This document shows, in pieces, positions 48,084 through 57,454 of a DNA stretch of 64,000 nt (the stretch's first letter is position 1; every line of letters starts with the position of its first letter). Made by a program: the position numbers and the translations under genes. This stretch comes from a virus (taxonomy: Duplodnaviria; Caudoviricetes), in the IMG/VR virus record IMGVR_UViG_3300032283_000551, positions 1 through 64,000 of that record, one strand, 5' to 3'. The notes beneath the pieces were generated by a model. It saw only the letters and a list, made by a program, of their open reading frames with translations. It was not told the DNA's origin and did not search any database.

Positions 48084-48653
48084 TTGGCACGTAATTATGT
48101 TAATAACCGTGATTTTTATGAAGCTATTAAAATGTATAAGGAAAAGATTGCTATTAATCCTGATACTAAAATTCCAGATTATATTGGTATGTGCATATTA
48201 AAGATTTGTGAGCGCTTGTCCACAAAACCAAATTTTATTGGTTATTCATTCCGTGATGAGATGATTGCTGATGGTGTTGAAAATTGTATTCATTCGGTTT
48301 TACTTTTTAATATCGAACGATCTGATAATCCGTTTGCTTATTTTACACAAATTGCATGGAATGCATTCTTGCGCCGAATTGCTAAGGAAAAGAAAGAGCA
48401 ATATATAAAGTATAAGAATATGCAAAATTCATTTCTCCAAAGTGATTATCTTGATGAATCTCTTTATGGTGATAGTGGTGGTGTTATCCATACAAAGAAT
48501 AATGATGTTGCAAATGAAATTATTGGTTCTTTTGAAAAAAAGATGTTGACAAAACCTAAGAAAGTTGTTAAAATAGGTCTTGAAAAGTTCTGTGAAGGAG
48601 CACAAATGAATGGAAATGAAACACAAGTATCTAGTCCCACAATCAGTAATTGA
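48084..48653 (+). CDS. gp55: Late-transcription sigma factor gp55
   Basis: YVNN.DF; NF.GYSFRDEMI.DG.ENC; NPFAYFTQI.WNAFLRRI.KEKK..YIK; probable TTG start at 48084 after GGAG. Confidence 0.93.
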   Translation: MARNYVNNRDFYEAIKMYKEKIAINPDTKIPDYIGMCILKICERLSTKPNFIGYSFRDEMIADGVENCIHSVLLFNIERSDNPFAYFTQIAWNAFLRRIAKEKKEQYIKYKNMQNSFLQSDYLDESLYGDSGGVIHTKNNDVANEIIGSFEKKMLTKPKKVVKIGLEKFCEGAQMNGNETQVSSPTISN

Positions 48654-48786
48654 TTGTGCTGAGGCTATGTTGAATGAAAAGAATTTAAATGTTCGTAGTA
48701 CATATGAACAAAGACTTGAAGCCACACTTAAGTATTGTGAAAATGCTTTAAAACAAAATCAGCTCACACCTAAAAGAATGCGTTGA
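48616..48786 (+). CDS. Small hypothetical protein (56 aa, not in ORF track)
   Basis: MKHKYLVPQSVIDCAEAMLNEKNLNVRSTYEQRLEATLKYCENALKQNQLTPKRMR; its stop abuts the gp47 ATG. Confidence 0.55.
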   Translation: MKHKYLVPQSVIDCAEAMLNEKNLNVRSTYEQRLEATLKYCENALKQNQLTPKRMR

Positions 48787-49854
48787 ATGAAAGTTGCTGT
48801 GATCGCTGACACTCATTGGGGTGTCAGAAATGATAATGTTGCATTTATGAATATGTCAAAGAATTTTCTTGATAACATATTCTTTCCTGAACTAGAAAAA
48901 CAAAATATTAAAACTGTCATCCATTTAGGTGATTTAGTCGATCGTCGCAAGCATATAAGTTATCTTACGGCGAGTCGACTTCGTGCTGATTTCCTTGAAC
49001 CACTTGCAATTAAAGGTATTGAACTTATACCTATTGCCGGTAATCATGATGTATATTTTAAGAATACAAATCAAGTAAATGCTTTGACTGAATTGATTGA
49101 AGGTAAGTATGGAAATTGTAATAAACTCCATATTGATCCTTCAGAAATTATTCTTGATAATAAAAAGATCCTATTGCTTCCATGGATTTGCGCCGATAAT
49201 CGTGAGCAGAGTATGCGAATGATTAAGGAATCCAAGGCACAATATTGTATGGGTCATTTAGAACTTGCTGGTTTTGAAATGTATAAAGGGAGTATTAATA
49301 CACATGGCGACGATCGTACAAACTTTGATAAATTTTCTCTCACGCTGTCTGGCCATTATCACCATCGTTCTTTTGATGGCACCATTTGTTATACTGGTTC
49401 CCATGGTCAGTTTACTTGGTCTGATTACGGTGATGCTCGCGGCTTCCATATTTTGGATCTCGGAAAAAATGGATTAGAATTTATTAAAAATCCATATGAG
49501 ATGTTTGGTAAGGTCTGGTATGATGATACCGATAAGGATCTTAACGAACTTTTAAATTATGATTTTAGTCAATTTACAAATAAGTTTGTAAAGCTAATTG
49601 TAACCAAGAAGAATAATCCATATTGGTTTGATTTGTTTTGTGAAAAGCTAGAAAAAGCAACCCCCATTGATTTTCAGATAGTCGAAGATCATAAGAATTT
49701 GATAATGGAAGATGAAAATATAATAAATGAAGCAGAATCTACTATTGATATTTTCAAGCGTCACATCGATCAAATCGGGTCATCAAATGTTAATAAAAAT
49801 AAGTTGACCAACGTCATAACCGATTTGTATACTCAAGCACTTTCAATCGAATAG
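48787..49854 (+). CDS. gp47: Recombination endonuclease subunit gp47 (Mre11/SbcD-like)
   Basis: DTHWGVR, HLGDLVDRRK, GNHDVYFKN, GHLEL.GF, SGHYH, YTGS. Confidence 0.95.
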   Translation: MKVAVIADTHWGVRNDNVAFMNMSKNFLDNIFFPELEKQNIKTVIHLGDLVDRRKHISYLTASRLRADFLEPLAIKGIELIPIAGNHDVYFKNTNQVNALTELIEGKYGNCNKLHIDPSEIILDNKKILLLPWICADNREQSMRMIKESKAQYCMGHLELAGFEMYKGSINTHGDDRTNFDKFSLTLSGHYHHRSFDGTICYTGSHGQFTWSDYGDARGFHILDLGKNGLEFIKNPYEMFGKVWYDDTDKDLNELLNYDFSQFTNKFVKLIVTKKNNPYWFDLFCEKLEKATPIDFQIVEDHKNLIMEDENIINEAESTIDIFKRHIDQIGSSNVNKNKLTNVITDLYTQALSIE

Positions 49855-49861
49855 GATTACT

Positions 49862-51574
49862 ATGTCAATAGTATTTTCAAAACTTAGATGGAAGAATTTT
49901 CTTTCAACAGGTAATCAGTATACTGAAATTGATTTATCCACTAGTGGAACAACTCTTATCGTTGGCCAAAATGGTGCTGGTAAATCAACCTGTCTTGATG
50001 CATTAACTTTTGCATTATTTGGTAAGCCATTTCGTAATATTAATAAGCCACAACTTATTAATTCAATTACAAAAAAGGATATGATTGTTGAGATTGAATT
50101 CAATATAGGTTCAAACTCATACAAGGTAATTCGAGGTGTCAAACCAACTGTATTTGAAGTATATTGCAATAATACACTTCTAAATCAGTCTGCTGAAATG
50201 CGTGATTATCAAGAAATACTTGAGAAACAAATTCTTCGTATTAACTACAAGTCTTTTTGTCAAGTAGTTATTCTTGGTAGTGCTTCATTTGTTCCATTTA
50301 TGCAATTGCCAGCTGGTCAGCGCAGAGGAATTATTGAAGACCTTTTGGATCTTCAAGTATTCACTACCATGAATACTCTACTAAAAGAAAAGATTCAAAC
50401 AAATAACGATGATATATTACAGAATAGTAATGACCAAAAGTTAGTCAAAGAAAAAATAAAGATGCTCAAAGGGCATCTACAAGATCTTCAGAATCGAAAT
50501 GAGGAATTTGTAAAAAGAAAACAAGAACAACTAACTTCGATTGAACATAGTATACTTTCATCATACAATCAACAAACTAAATTTATTGAGGAAGCTGGAT
50601 TATCATTTTCTTATGCTATTGATGAAAAAACTAAGCTTTTTAAGAAGCTAAATCAATATGAACTACTTCTTATTCAAATGAGAGGTAAAATAGAAATTAT
50701 ATCAAAGGAGATTAAGTTTTTTAATAACTCAGATAATTGTCCGACATGTACACAACAAATTGACAAAACTTTTAGTTGTGATATAGTATCCACAAAGGAA
50801 CAAGAAATATCAGAACTGAATGAAGGTATTTCAAAGTTATTAACTATTAAAGAATCTGTTGGAGAAAAATATAATAAAGTTTTATCTGATGAAGCAGAAT
50901 ATAAGAGATTAATGAATGAAGCTTCAAATGAAAAACTAAGTATTAAAATTTTTACTCAACAAAAAGAACAAATAATCAATGAAATCAACAGTGTTGTTTC
51001 GGAGGTGAAAGAAACATCCGACTATAAAATTTCAGATTTGGAAGCAGAACTGACATCTTTGAGTGAAAAGTATAATGAACTTCAAGACGATAAGTTGACT
51101 CTAGGTGCTGCGTCTGTAATGCTTAAGGATGGTGGCATTAAGACCAAAATCATTAATCAATACATACCGATTATCAATAAGCTAATTAATAAGTACTTAT
51201 CTGAATTTGATCTGTTCGTTGAATTTGAACTTGATGAACAATTTAATGAAAAGATCAAGTCTAGATATAGAGATGAATTTAGTTATTCATCATTTAGTGA
51301 AGGTGAAAAGCAAAAGATTGATCTCGCTATTCTTTTTACATGGAGAGCAGTTGCCAAACTTCGTAATTCATTGAATACTAACTTACTTATTCTTGATGAA
51401 ATATTTGACTCGAGTCTTGATGGTAATGCCGCTGACGATCTTTTAAAGATTCTTCAGAATATAAGTCAGGATTCAAATATCTTTATTATTTCTCATAGAG
51501 AAAATCTCCATGACAAATTTGAGAATGTTATTAAATTTATAAAACATAAAAACTTTTCAAGGATTTCAGAATGA
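49862..51574 (+). CDS. gp46: Recombination ATPase subunit gp46 (Rad50/SbcC-like)
   Basis: WKNFLSTGN, G.NGAGKST, CPTC zinc hook, FSEGEK..IDL, LILDE.FDSSLD. Confidence 0.95.
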   Translation: MSIVFSKLRWKNFLSTGNQYTEIDLSTSGTTLIVGQNGAGKSTCLDALTFALFGKPFRNINKPQLINSITKKDMIVEIEFNIGSNSYKVIRGVKPTVFEVYCNNTLLNQSAEMRDYQEILEKQILRINYKSFCQVVILGSASFVPFMQLPAGQRRGIIEDLLDLQVFTTMNTLLKEKIQTNNDDILQNSNDQKLVKEKIKMLKGHLQDLQNRNEEFVKRKQEQLTSIEHSILSSYNQQTKFIEEAGLSFSYAIDEKTKLFKKLNQYELLLIQMRGKIEIISKEIKFFNNSDNCPTCTQQIDKTFSCDIVSTKEQEISELNEGISKLLTIKESVGEKYNKVLSDEAEYKRLMNEASNEKLSIKIFTQQKEQIINEINSVVSEVKETSDYKISDLEAELTSLSEKYNELQDDKLTLGAASVMLKDGGIKTKIINQYIPIINKLINKYLSEFDLFVEFELDEQFNEKIKSRYRDEFSYSSFSEGEKQKIDLAILFTWRAVAKLRNSLNTNLLILDEIFDSSLDGNAADDLLKILQNISQDSNIFIISHRENLHDKFENVIKFIKHKNFSRISE

Positions 51575-52047
51575 AATTAGTTGATTATAAAGATCCTGTT
51601 TTAAAAGAAGTTTCAGAAAAGTTCGACTTTTCTAATCCACCTTTTGAACCTATTGAGTTTGCACAAGAACTTGTAAAATTTATGTATGATAACAATGGTA
51701 TATGTGTAAGTGCACCACAAGTTGGTATACCATATAGGATATTTGCTATGCGTGGACTACCTGAGAACTTTGTTTGTTATAATCCAAAGATTGTAATGCC
51801 AGGCGAAGAAGAAATTCGTATGGAAGAAATATCGTTGACATATCCGGGATTATGTGTTAAAATAAAAAGGCCAAGGCATTGCAAAGTTCGTTTTGCTACG
51901 CCCAATGGTGAAATTAGAACGGAAACATATACGGGTATGACCGCTCGTGCATTTTTTCATTGTATGGATTTCCTTGACGGTGAAGTTTTCTATACAAAAG
52001 CAAATCCAATCCACCGTCAACAAGCTTTTAAGAAATGGAAACGATGA
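51571..52047 (+). CDS. Peptide deformylase homolog with degenerate catalytic motifs (pseudo-PDF)
   Basis: PDF layout is clear, but GxGxAAxQ reads GICVSAPQ, EGCLS reads EISLT and QHExDH reads FHCMDF. Confidence 0.85.
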   Translation: MKLVDYKDPVLKEVSEKFDFSNPPFEPIEFAQELVKFMYDNNGICVSAPQVGIPYRIFAMRGLPENFVCYNPKIVMPGEEEIRMEEISLTYPGLCVKIKRPRHCKVRFATPNGEIRTETYTGMTARAFFHCMDFLDGEVFYTKANPIHRQQAFKKWKR

Positions 52048-52583
52048 ATATTTTCTATCTGTCTACCGATGCACGCCAAGCGGCTCAATGGATGGTTGAT
52101 AAACATGTTGTTAAAATGATTTTGGAATCGGCACAATTGCTGTCCACCGCACATCGTGTATTGGATGGTATTGAATCGGTTGGTAAATCACCAACTGGTC
52201 GTAAACAAAAGACCTGGACTCTTGGTGATGCTCGTGACTCTGTACTATATAAAGCTACCCATATTAATCACCCGTCTGCAATCTGGACTCGCAAGTCGGT
52301 TGAAAACTATAACTGGCTAGTAGATCATTTTTATGCACTTGGTGACGAATATACATATCGTTATGGTAAGACTCATAAATCTTTTACCGGTGATTTGGCT
52401 TATATGCTTCAGTCGCCGCCAAAGAACCTGACCGAATATGATATGACAGTTATGCCATCTGCAATGGCCGATGAATTTGTTGTGGATGAAGATCCTATTA
52501 TTAATTACCGTAATTACTACAAGATCGGGAAAGCAAGAATGCATTCCTGGAAAAACCGTCAACCACCTGAATGGATTATCTAA
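52044..52583 (+). CDS. Pyrimidine-dimer DNA glycosylase (DenV/endonuclease V-like family)
   Basis: MNIFYL..D...AAQ...DKHVVKMILESAQLLSTAH; HINHPS.IW; EY..RYGK.H. Confidence 0.75.
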   Translation: MNIFYLSTDARQAAQWMVDKHVVKMILESAQLLSTAHRVLDGIESVGKSPTGRKQKTWTLGDARDSVLYKATHINHPSAIWTRKSVENYNWLVDHFYALGDEYTYRYGKTHKSFTGDLAYMLQSPPKNLTEYDMTVMPSAMADEFVVDEDPIINYRNYYKIGKARMHSWKNRQPPEWII

Positions 52584-52585
52584 AT

Positions 52586-52951
52586 ATGACATACGAAATT
52601 ACAGAATCAGAAATTACCGTTATCCGTAATATTCAAGACAAGCTTTACGGACAAGCAAGTGCTATGGGTTGGCATGATAAGCCCCGTGAAATCGGGACTT
52701 TTATTGCTCTAGCTCATTCGGAACTTTCCGAAGCACTTGAAGGCGCTCGTAAGGATCTTATGGATGACCACTTGACAAATAGATCAATGCTTGAAGTGGA
52801 ACTTGCTGATTGTATTATCCGCATTCTCGACATGGCTGGTCATTATAAGTTGGATGTTGCAGGTGCTCTGGCAGAAAAGCATCAATATAATGCTAATCGT
52901 GCAGATCATAAGCGTGAAAATCGTGCCGCAGCTGGTGGTAAGAAATTCTAA
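52586..52951 (+). CDS. MazG-like nucleotide pyrophosphohydrolase
   Basis: IAL.HSELSEALEG.RK; E.ELAD..IRILD; EK..YN..R. Confidence 0.8.
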   Translation: MTYEITESEITVIRNIQDKLYGQASAMGWHDKPREIGTFIALAHSELSEALEGARKDLMDDHLTNRSMLEVELADCIIRILDMAGHYKLDVAGALAEKHQYNANRADHKRENRAAAGGKKF

Positions 52952-52973
52952 ATAACATTTGGGAGATAACCTA

Positions 52974-53282
52974 ATGACAATAGAAGTACGGGATACCTCC
53001 CAAGACTATGATGATATGGTTTCCTATAAAGCCAAAGAAAATATTCGGACTGATTTGTCTGTATTCTTTGGTGAGGAAACCGATCAAAAGCCAATTGTTC
53101 CACCCAAGAAAATTGATCCAGATTTTCCTGAACAATGGCAATCTTTATTTGTAAATTTTAGATCACATGATGATTTTGTCAAGTTCATGAAATTGATTGA
53201 TGAAGTCCCATCACCTAAAACTAAAGATCTTATTTTTAAAGCAAATAAAGATAATGGTATTTTGAATTTTTTTGGAGATTAA
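52974..53282 (+). CDS. Small glycosyltransferase-associated protein (paralog 1)
   Basis: V.F....D...F..LI.....KT motif shared with the next ORF. Confidence 0.55.
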   Translation: MTIEVRDTSQDYDDMVSYKAKENIRTDLSVFFGEETDQKPIVPPKKIDPDFPEQWQSLFVNFRSHDDFVKFMKLIDEVPSPKTKDLIFKANKDNGILNFFGD

Positions 53283-53283
53283 A

Positions 53284-53547
53284 ATGAATCTACATAAAAC
53301 GATCGAAGATTTGGAAACGGATTGGCGAAATCCGTATGCACAATGGTATGCAGCAGGTATGCCAGCATTTGTTACTAAAAATCTTGAGCCGTGGAAACAA
53401 ATTTCAATTAAATTTCCTACCATGGAAGATCGTAAGAAATTTGCTGAAATCACCGGTTATTCTTTGACAGAAAAGACAAATGTTATTTGGTATCCCGATA
53501 AGGGCCGTGAGCGAAACAATATGAATAGAGTTATTGAAGATGAGTAA
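53284..53547 (+). CDS. Small glycosyltransferase-associated protein (paralog 2)
   Basis: W..GMPAF....LEPW..I.I.F....D...FA...G...TEKT..IWYP, a motif I recall as adjacent or fused to GREB1/TET-associated glycosyltransferases. Confidence 0.6.
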   Translation: MNLHKTIEDLETDWRNPYAQWYAAGMPAFVTKNLEPWKQISIKFPTMEDRKKFAEITGYSLTEKTNVIWYPDKGRERNNMNRVIEDE

Positions 53548-54478
53548 AGCAAGCCGTTATCCGATTTACATTATCAGTAAAGGTCGATGGGATTCTAGAT
53601 ATACTAGTAAAGCCCTAGAGCGTATGGGTGTTCCATATTATATTGCGGTTGAACCTCAAGAATATGATAATTATGCCGCTGTAATTGATCCAAAGAAAGT
53701 ACTTACTTTACCTTTCAGTAATCATGGTAAAGGTTCAGGCCCTGCCCGTAACTGGTGCTGGGAACACTCACAAGCAAATGGATTTAAGCGTCACTGGCTT
53801 ATGGATGATAATATCTATGAGTTTTGGCGCTTTCACCAGAATAAGCGTTATCGTGTGGAGAAAGGTTCTGGTATCTTTAGAGCAACCGAAGATTTTGTGG
53901 ATCGGTATGAAAATATTGCCCTAGCAGGTCTCCAATATAAGTTTTTCTGTGTGGATGATTATCCATACCCACCGTATATTCTTAACACTCGTATCATGTC
54001 ATGTTTCTTAATTGACAATGATTGTCCACATAAGTGGCGTGGTCGCTATAATGAAGACGTTGATTTGTCCATCCGTGTTCTCAAGGAAGGCCTTTGCACC
54101 ATGTTATTCTATGCTTTCCTTTGTGGTAAAGCAAGAACTGGTACTGTTAAGGGTGGTAATACATCGGAAGTTTATAATAACTATGCTGAAGATGCTTCAT
54201 TAAAGAAGTCACAAATGCTTGTTGAGATGCATCCAGATGTAGTTACTCTTGACCAGCGCTACGGTCGAGTGCATCATCATGTCGACCTTAATGCTATTAT
54301 TAATAAGAATGGTCAACCTGCTAGAGATAATCGACCAATCCTGAAAAAAGATGTTGACATTTTCAACAAAGTGGATAATTATGGTATGAGACTTATTCGT
54401 GAATGGGACACACCTGAAGCGTATGAAGATCTGGAATATTCCAGTGATGTATATCCACAAGGACGGAAAAATTATTAA
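53540..54478 (+). CDS. GT-A glycosyltransferase of GREB1-like / TET-associated (TAGT) type
   Basis: YPIYIISKGR, VEPQEYD.Y, G.GPARNW.W.H, HW.MDDNI, WRGRYNED.DLS.R.LK.G.CT, T...KGGNT. Confidence 0.8.
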   Translation: MSKASRYPIYIISKGRWDSRYTSKALERMGVPYYIAVEPQEYDNYAAVIDPKKVLTLPFSNHGKGSGPARNWCWEHSQANGFKRHWLMDDNIYEFWRFHQNKRYRVEKGSGIFRATEDFVDRYENIALAGLQYKFFCVDDYPYPPYILNTRIMSCFLIDNDCPHKWRGRYNEDVDLSIRVLKEGLCTMLFYAFLCGKARTGTVKGGNTSEVYNNYAEDASLKKSQMLVEMHPDVVTLDQRYGRVHHHVDLNAIINKNGQPARDNRPILKKDVDIFNKVDNYGMRLIREWDTPEAYEDLEYSSDVYPQGRKNY

Positions 54479-55437
54479 TGGCTAAAATTTTAATTACCGG
54501 TGGGGCAGGCTTCATCGGTTTTCATCTTGCGCAAAAACTTATTAATAATGAAGATACCATTCATATTATTGATAATTTTAATGATTATTATGATGTCGAG
54601 TTGAAGCATGCTCGTGCAAAAATCCTATTTGATACTAACAAGGTTGAAATTTTTGGTCATGATCTGAACGACTCTAAGGTCTTACAGAAATATTTTATTA
54701 CAAATAGGCCTGATATTGTAATCCATCTTGCTGCTCATGCTGGTGTCCGACATTCACTTGACCATACGATGGATTATATTCAAAATAATATTGTAGCGAC
54801 TCAAAATCTTATCGCTATGTGTGAGATTTATGGTGTAAAGAAAGTAATTTATGCTTCAACTTCATGTGTTATGGCAGGTAATCCATTACCGTGGCGTGAA
54901 GATGTTGCAGTTGGTCATCAATTAAATCCATATGGATATACCAAGCGCACAAATGAATGTCAGTTTATGACTTCTAAGATTCCAAATACTATTGGTCTTA
55001 GGTTCTTTACTGTTTATGGACCATACGGTCGACCCGACATGGCTCTATTTCAGTTTGCAAATGCGGCCGTCACTGGTGCACCAATCAATGTTTTTAACTA
55101 TGGTGACATGAAGCGTGACTTTACCTATGTAGATGATATCATCAATGGCATTATTATTGTTCTAGATCGCATTATATGTATTGACAAACCATTGGATGAG
55201 ATATATAATATAGGGAGAGGTGAACAAATCCAACTTATGGATTTTATCTCCGAGATCGAAACTAATTTTGATCGAATTATTACCAAGAATTTTGTCCCAA
55301 AGCACCCTGCCGATACATTGGAGACTTGGTCCGATACGACCAAGTTACAGGCTCTTGGATGGAAACCTTCGGTTTCTGTTCCTGAAGGTGTTGCAAAATT
55401 CTGTGAATGGTATAAATCATATTATGGGGTAAATTGA
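54478..55437 (+). CDS. NAD-dependent epimerase, UDP-glucuronate 4-epimerase-like
   Basis: ITGGAGFIGFH, HLAA.AGVR.S, Y..TK, LRFFTVYGP.GRPDMA, MKRDFTYVDDI. Confidence 0.85.
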   Translation: MAKILITGGAGFIGFHLAQKLINNEDTIHIIDNFNDYYDVELKHARAKILFDTNKVEIFGHDLNDSKVLQKYFITNRPDIVIHLAAHAGVRHSLDHTMDYIQNNIVATQNLIAMCEIYGVKKVIYASTSCVMAGNPLPWREDVAVGHQLNPYGYTKRTNECQFMTSKIPNTIGLRFFTVYGPYGRPDMALFQFANAAVTGAPINVFNYGDMKRDFTYVDDIINGIIIVLDRIICIDKPLDEIYNIGRGEQIQLMDFISEIETNFDRIITKNFVPKHPADTLETWSDTTKLQALGWKPSVSVPEGVAKFCEWYKSYYGVN

Positions 55438-56295
55438 ATGAAAATTGCTATTATTGGACATGGATTTGTTGGAAAGGCCGTTGATTATGGCTTTCCCGAT
55501 ATTATGTGTGAAAAGTTTATTTTTGATCCACTGCTTAATAACCCAGTCGAAAATATATCCTCAGTCGATAATATAGATTTTTCATTCGTCTGTGTCCCCA
55601 CCCCTATGGGTATTAATGGCAGTATTGATTCTTCTATTATTGAAAATGTTTTGGCCGTATTAAAGAAAAATACAAGTGGAACAATTATCATTAAATCTAC
55701 AATCACTCCTGATATTATCAGTAAAATTTTCCGAGGACCTCACCGCGATCGAATTGTTTATAACCCGGAGTTTTTAACCGAAAAAAGTGCCAATGAGGAT
55801 TTTGTAAATCCTTTCATGCATATTTTTGGTGGTAATCCGGACTATACTAGTAAGGTTGAGGAATTATATAAGTATTATAGTCTTTGCAAGCCTTGTCCAG
55901 TATATCATATGTCTGCGGTGGATGCCAGTTTTGTCAAGTATGGTGTTAATAGTTATCTGGCATCTAAGGTTCTTTGGTTTAATCAATTCTATGATATTGT
56001 TAATTCCGAGGGTGCAAATTTCGGTAAGGTAATCAGTGCTATTACTGCTGATTCACGTGTGGGTAGATCACATACAACTGTCCCTGGCTTTGATGGAAAG
56101 AGAGGCTTTGGTGGTGCATGTTTCCCTAAAGACACCATGGCATTCCTGAATTATTCTAAGAAGAATAAGCAAAATTTTTCTGTCCTGGAGACTGTTATTA
56201 GGGAAAATAATAACTATCGTAAGGGGTATGAAAAGGATACTAGGGAAATTGAACAGAATATTAATTTTGATATGGGAGTAACTAATGCCACCTGA
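55438..56295 (+). CDS. UDP-glucose 6-dehydrogenase-like (short form without C-terminal domain)
   Basis: IIG.GFVG, VCVPTP, IKST..P, NPEFL.E, KY..N..LA.KV, GFGGACFPKD with the catalytic Cys. Confidence 0.85.
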   Translation: MKIAIIGHGFVGKAVDYGFPDIMCEKFIFDPLLNNPVENISSVDNIDFSFVCVPTPMGINGSIDSSIIENVLAVLKKNTSGTIIIKSTITPDIISKIFRGPHRDRIVYNPEFLTEKSANEDFVNPFMHIFGGNPDYTSKVEELYKYYSLCKPCPVYHMSAVDASFVKYGVNSYLASKVLWFNQFYDIVNSEGANFGKVISAITADSRVGRSHTTVPGFDGKRGFGGACFPKDTMAFLNYSKKNKQNFSVLETVIRENNNYRKGYEKDTREIEQNINFDMGVTNAT

Positions 56296-56575
56296 AAAAT
56301 TTTTGTTTAAGTATAACGAAGGTCAAATACTAGACGAGCTATATGCATATATAATGAAGACATATGGAAGTCATTACGGAGATAGAGTCCAAGCACAAGA
56401 TCTGATAATTTCATCTGGTCACGCCGAAGGTTTCTATATTGGAAATGTTATTAAGTATGCTTCTCGCTATGGAAAAAAGAATGGTAAAAATAAAGATGAT
56501 CTGATGAAGGTTCTTCACTATACTGTTCTTGCTCTAAATTATCACTACATTGAAAATGAAAATAAGGAAAATTAA
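56285..56575 (+). CDS. DUF3310-like protein
   Basis: Y..HY, F..GNVIKY..RYGKK.G...DL.K..HY. Confidence 0.7.
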   Translation: MPPEKFLFKYNEGQILDELYAYIMKTYGSHYGDRVQAQDLIISSGHAEGFYIGNVIKYASRYGKKNGKNKDDLMKVLHYTVLALNYHYIENENKEN

Positions 56576-56577
56576 TC

Positions 56578-57426
56578 ATGGAAATCTCGATTCAAATTGA
56601 AGAACTTCGTAAGCGTAAGATCTTTTTGGCAACCCCTATGTATGGTGGTCAATGTGCAGGTATGTTTGCTAAGTCTGTTGCTGACTTGACATCTCTTTGT
56701 ACATCTAATGGTATTGAACTACGTTCATATTTTTTGTTTAATGAATCTCTTATCACTCGTGCACGCAATTATTGCGTAGATGAGTTTATGCGGTCCGATT
56801 GTACCCACATGATGTTTATTGACTCGGATATCGGATTTGATCCTCGTGATGTTCTTGCAATGCTTGCACTCCAAAGTGATGATTCTGAATATGATGTTCT
56901 TGCAGGGCCTTATCCTAAGAAGTGCATCAGTTGGGAAAAGATCAAGCTTGCTGTCGACAAGGGTATTGCTGACGAAGATCCCAATGTTCTTGAAAAGTTT
57001 GTTGGTGATTATGTTTTTAATCCAAAGGGCGGTGGTGGAAACATCCGTATTGATATCCCGGTAGAAGTATCTGAAATTGGTACCGGATTTATGATGACTC
57101 GCCGTTCCGCTTTTGAAAAGTTTGAAAAGGCATTCCCTCATTATAGTTATAAGCCAGATCATGTTCGCACTGAACAGTTTGATGGTTCTCGTGAAATCAT
57201 GCAATACTTCCAGGCTGAAATTGATCCTGCCTCTAAGCGCTATCTTTCGGAAGACTATTGGTTCTGTCAGAAACTTATTGAAATCGGTGGTAAGGTTTGG
57301 TATTGCCCATGGATGAAGCTCCAACACGTTGGTAGTTATATCTTTGGTGGATCATTGATTGATCTAGCTTCTATCGGTGCACCTGCTACCGCTGACCCTG
57401 GTCTATTGAAGAAGACCAAGAAGTAA
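56578..57426 (+). CDS. Second GT-A fold glycosyltransferase (GT2-like)
   Basis: IFLATPMYGG, ESLITRARN, THMMFIDSDI (DxD), YLSEDY.FC, L.H.G. Confidence 0.8.
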   Translation: MEISIQIEELRKRKIFLATPMYGGQCAGMFAKSVADLTSLCTSNGIELRSYFLFNESLITRARNYCVDEFMRSDCTHMMFIDSDIGFDPRDVLAMLALQSDDSEYDVLAGPYPKKCISWEKIKLAVDKGIADEDPNVLEKFVGDYVFNPKGGGGNIRIDIPVEVSEIGTGFMMTRRSAFEKFEKAFPHYSYKPDHVRTEQFDGSREIMQYFQAEIDPASKRYLSEDYWFCQKLIEIGGKVWYCPWMKLQHVGSYIFGGSLIDLASIGAPATADPGLLKKTKK

Positions 57427-57454
57427 TTTTTATATTTTATAATGGAGAATGTGA

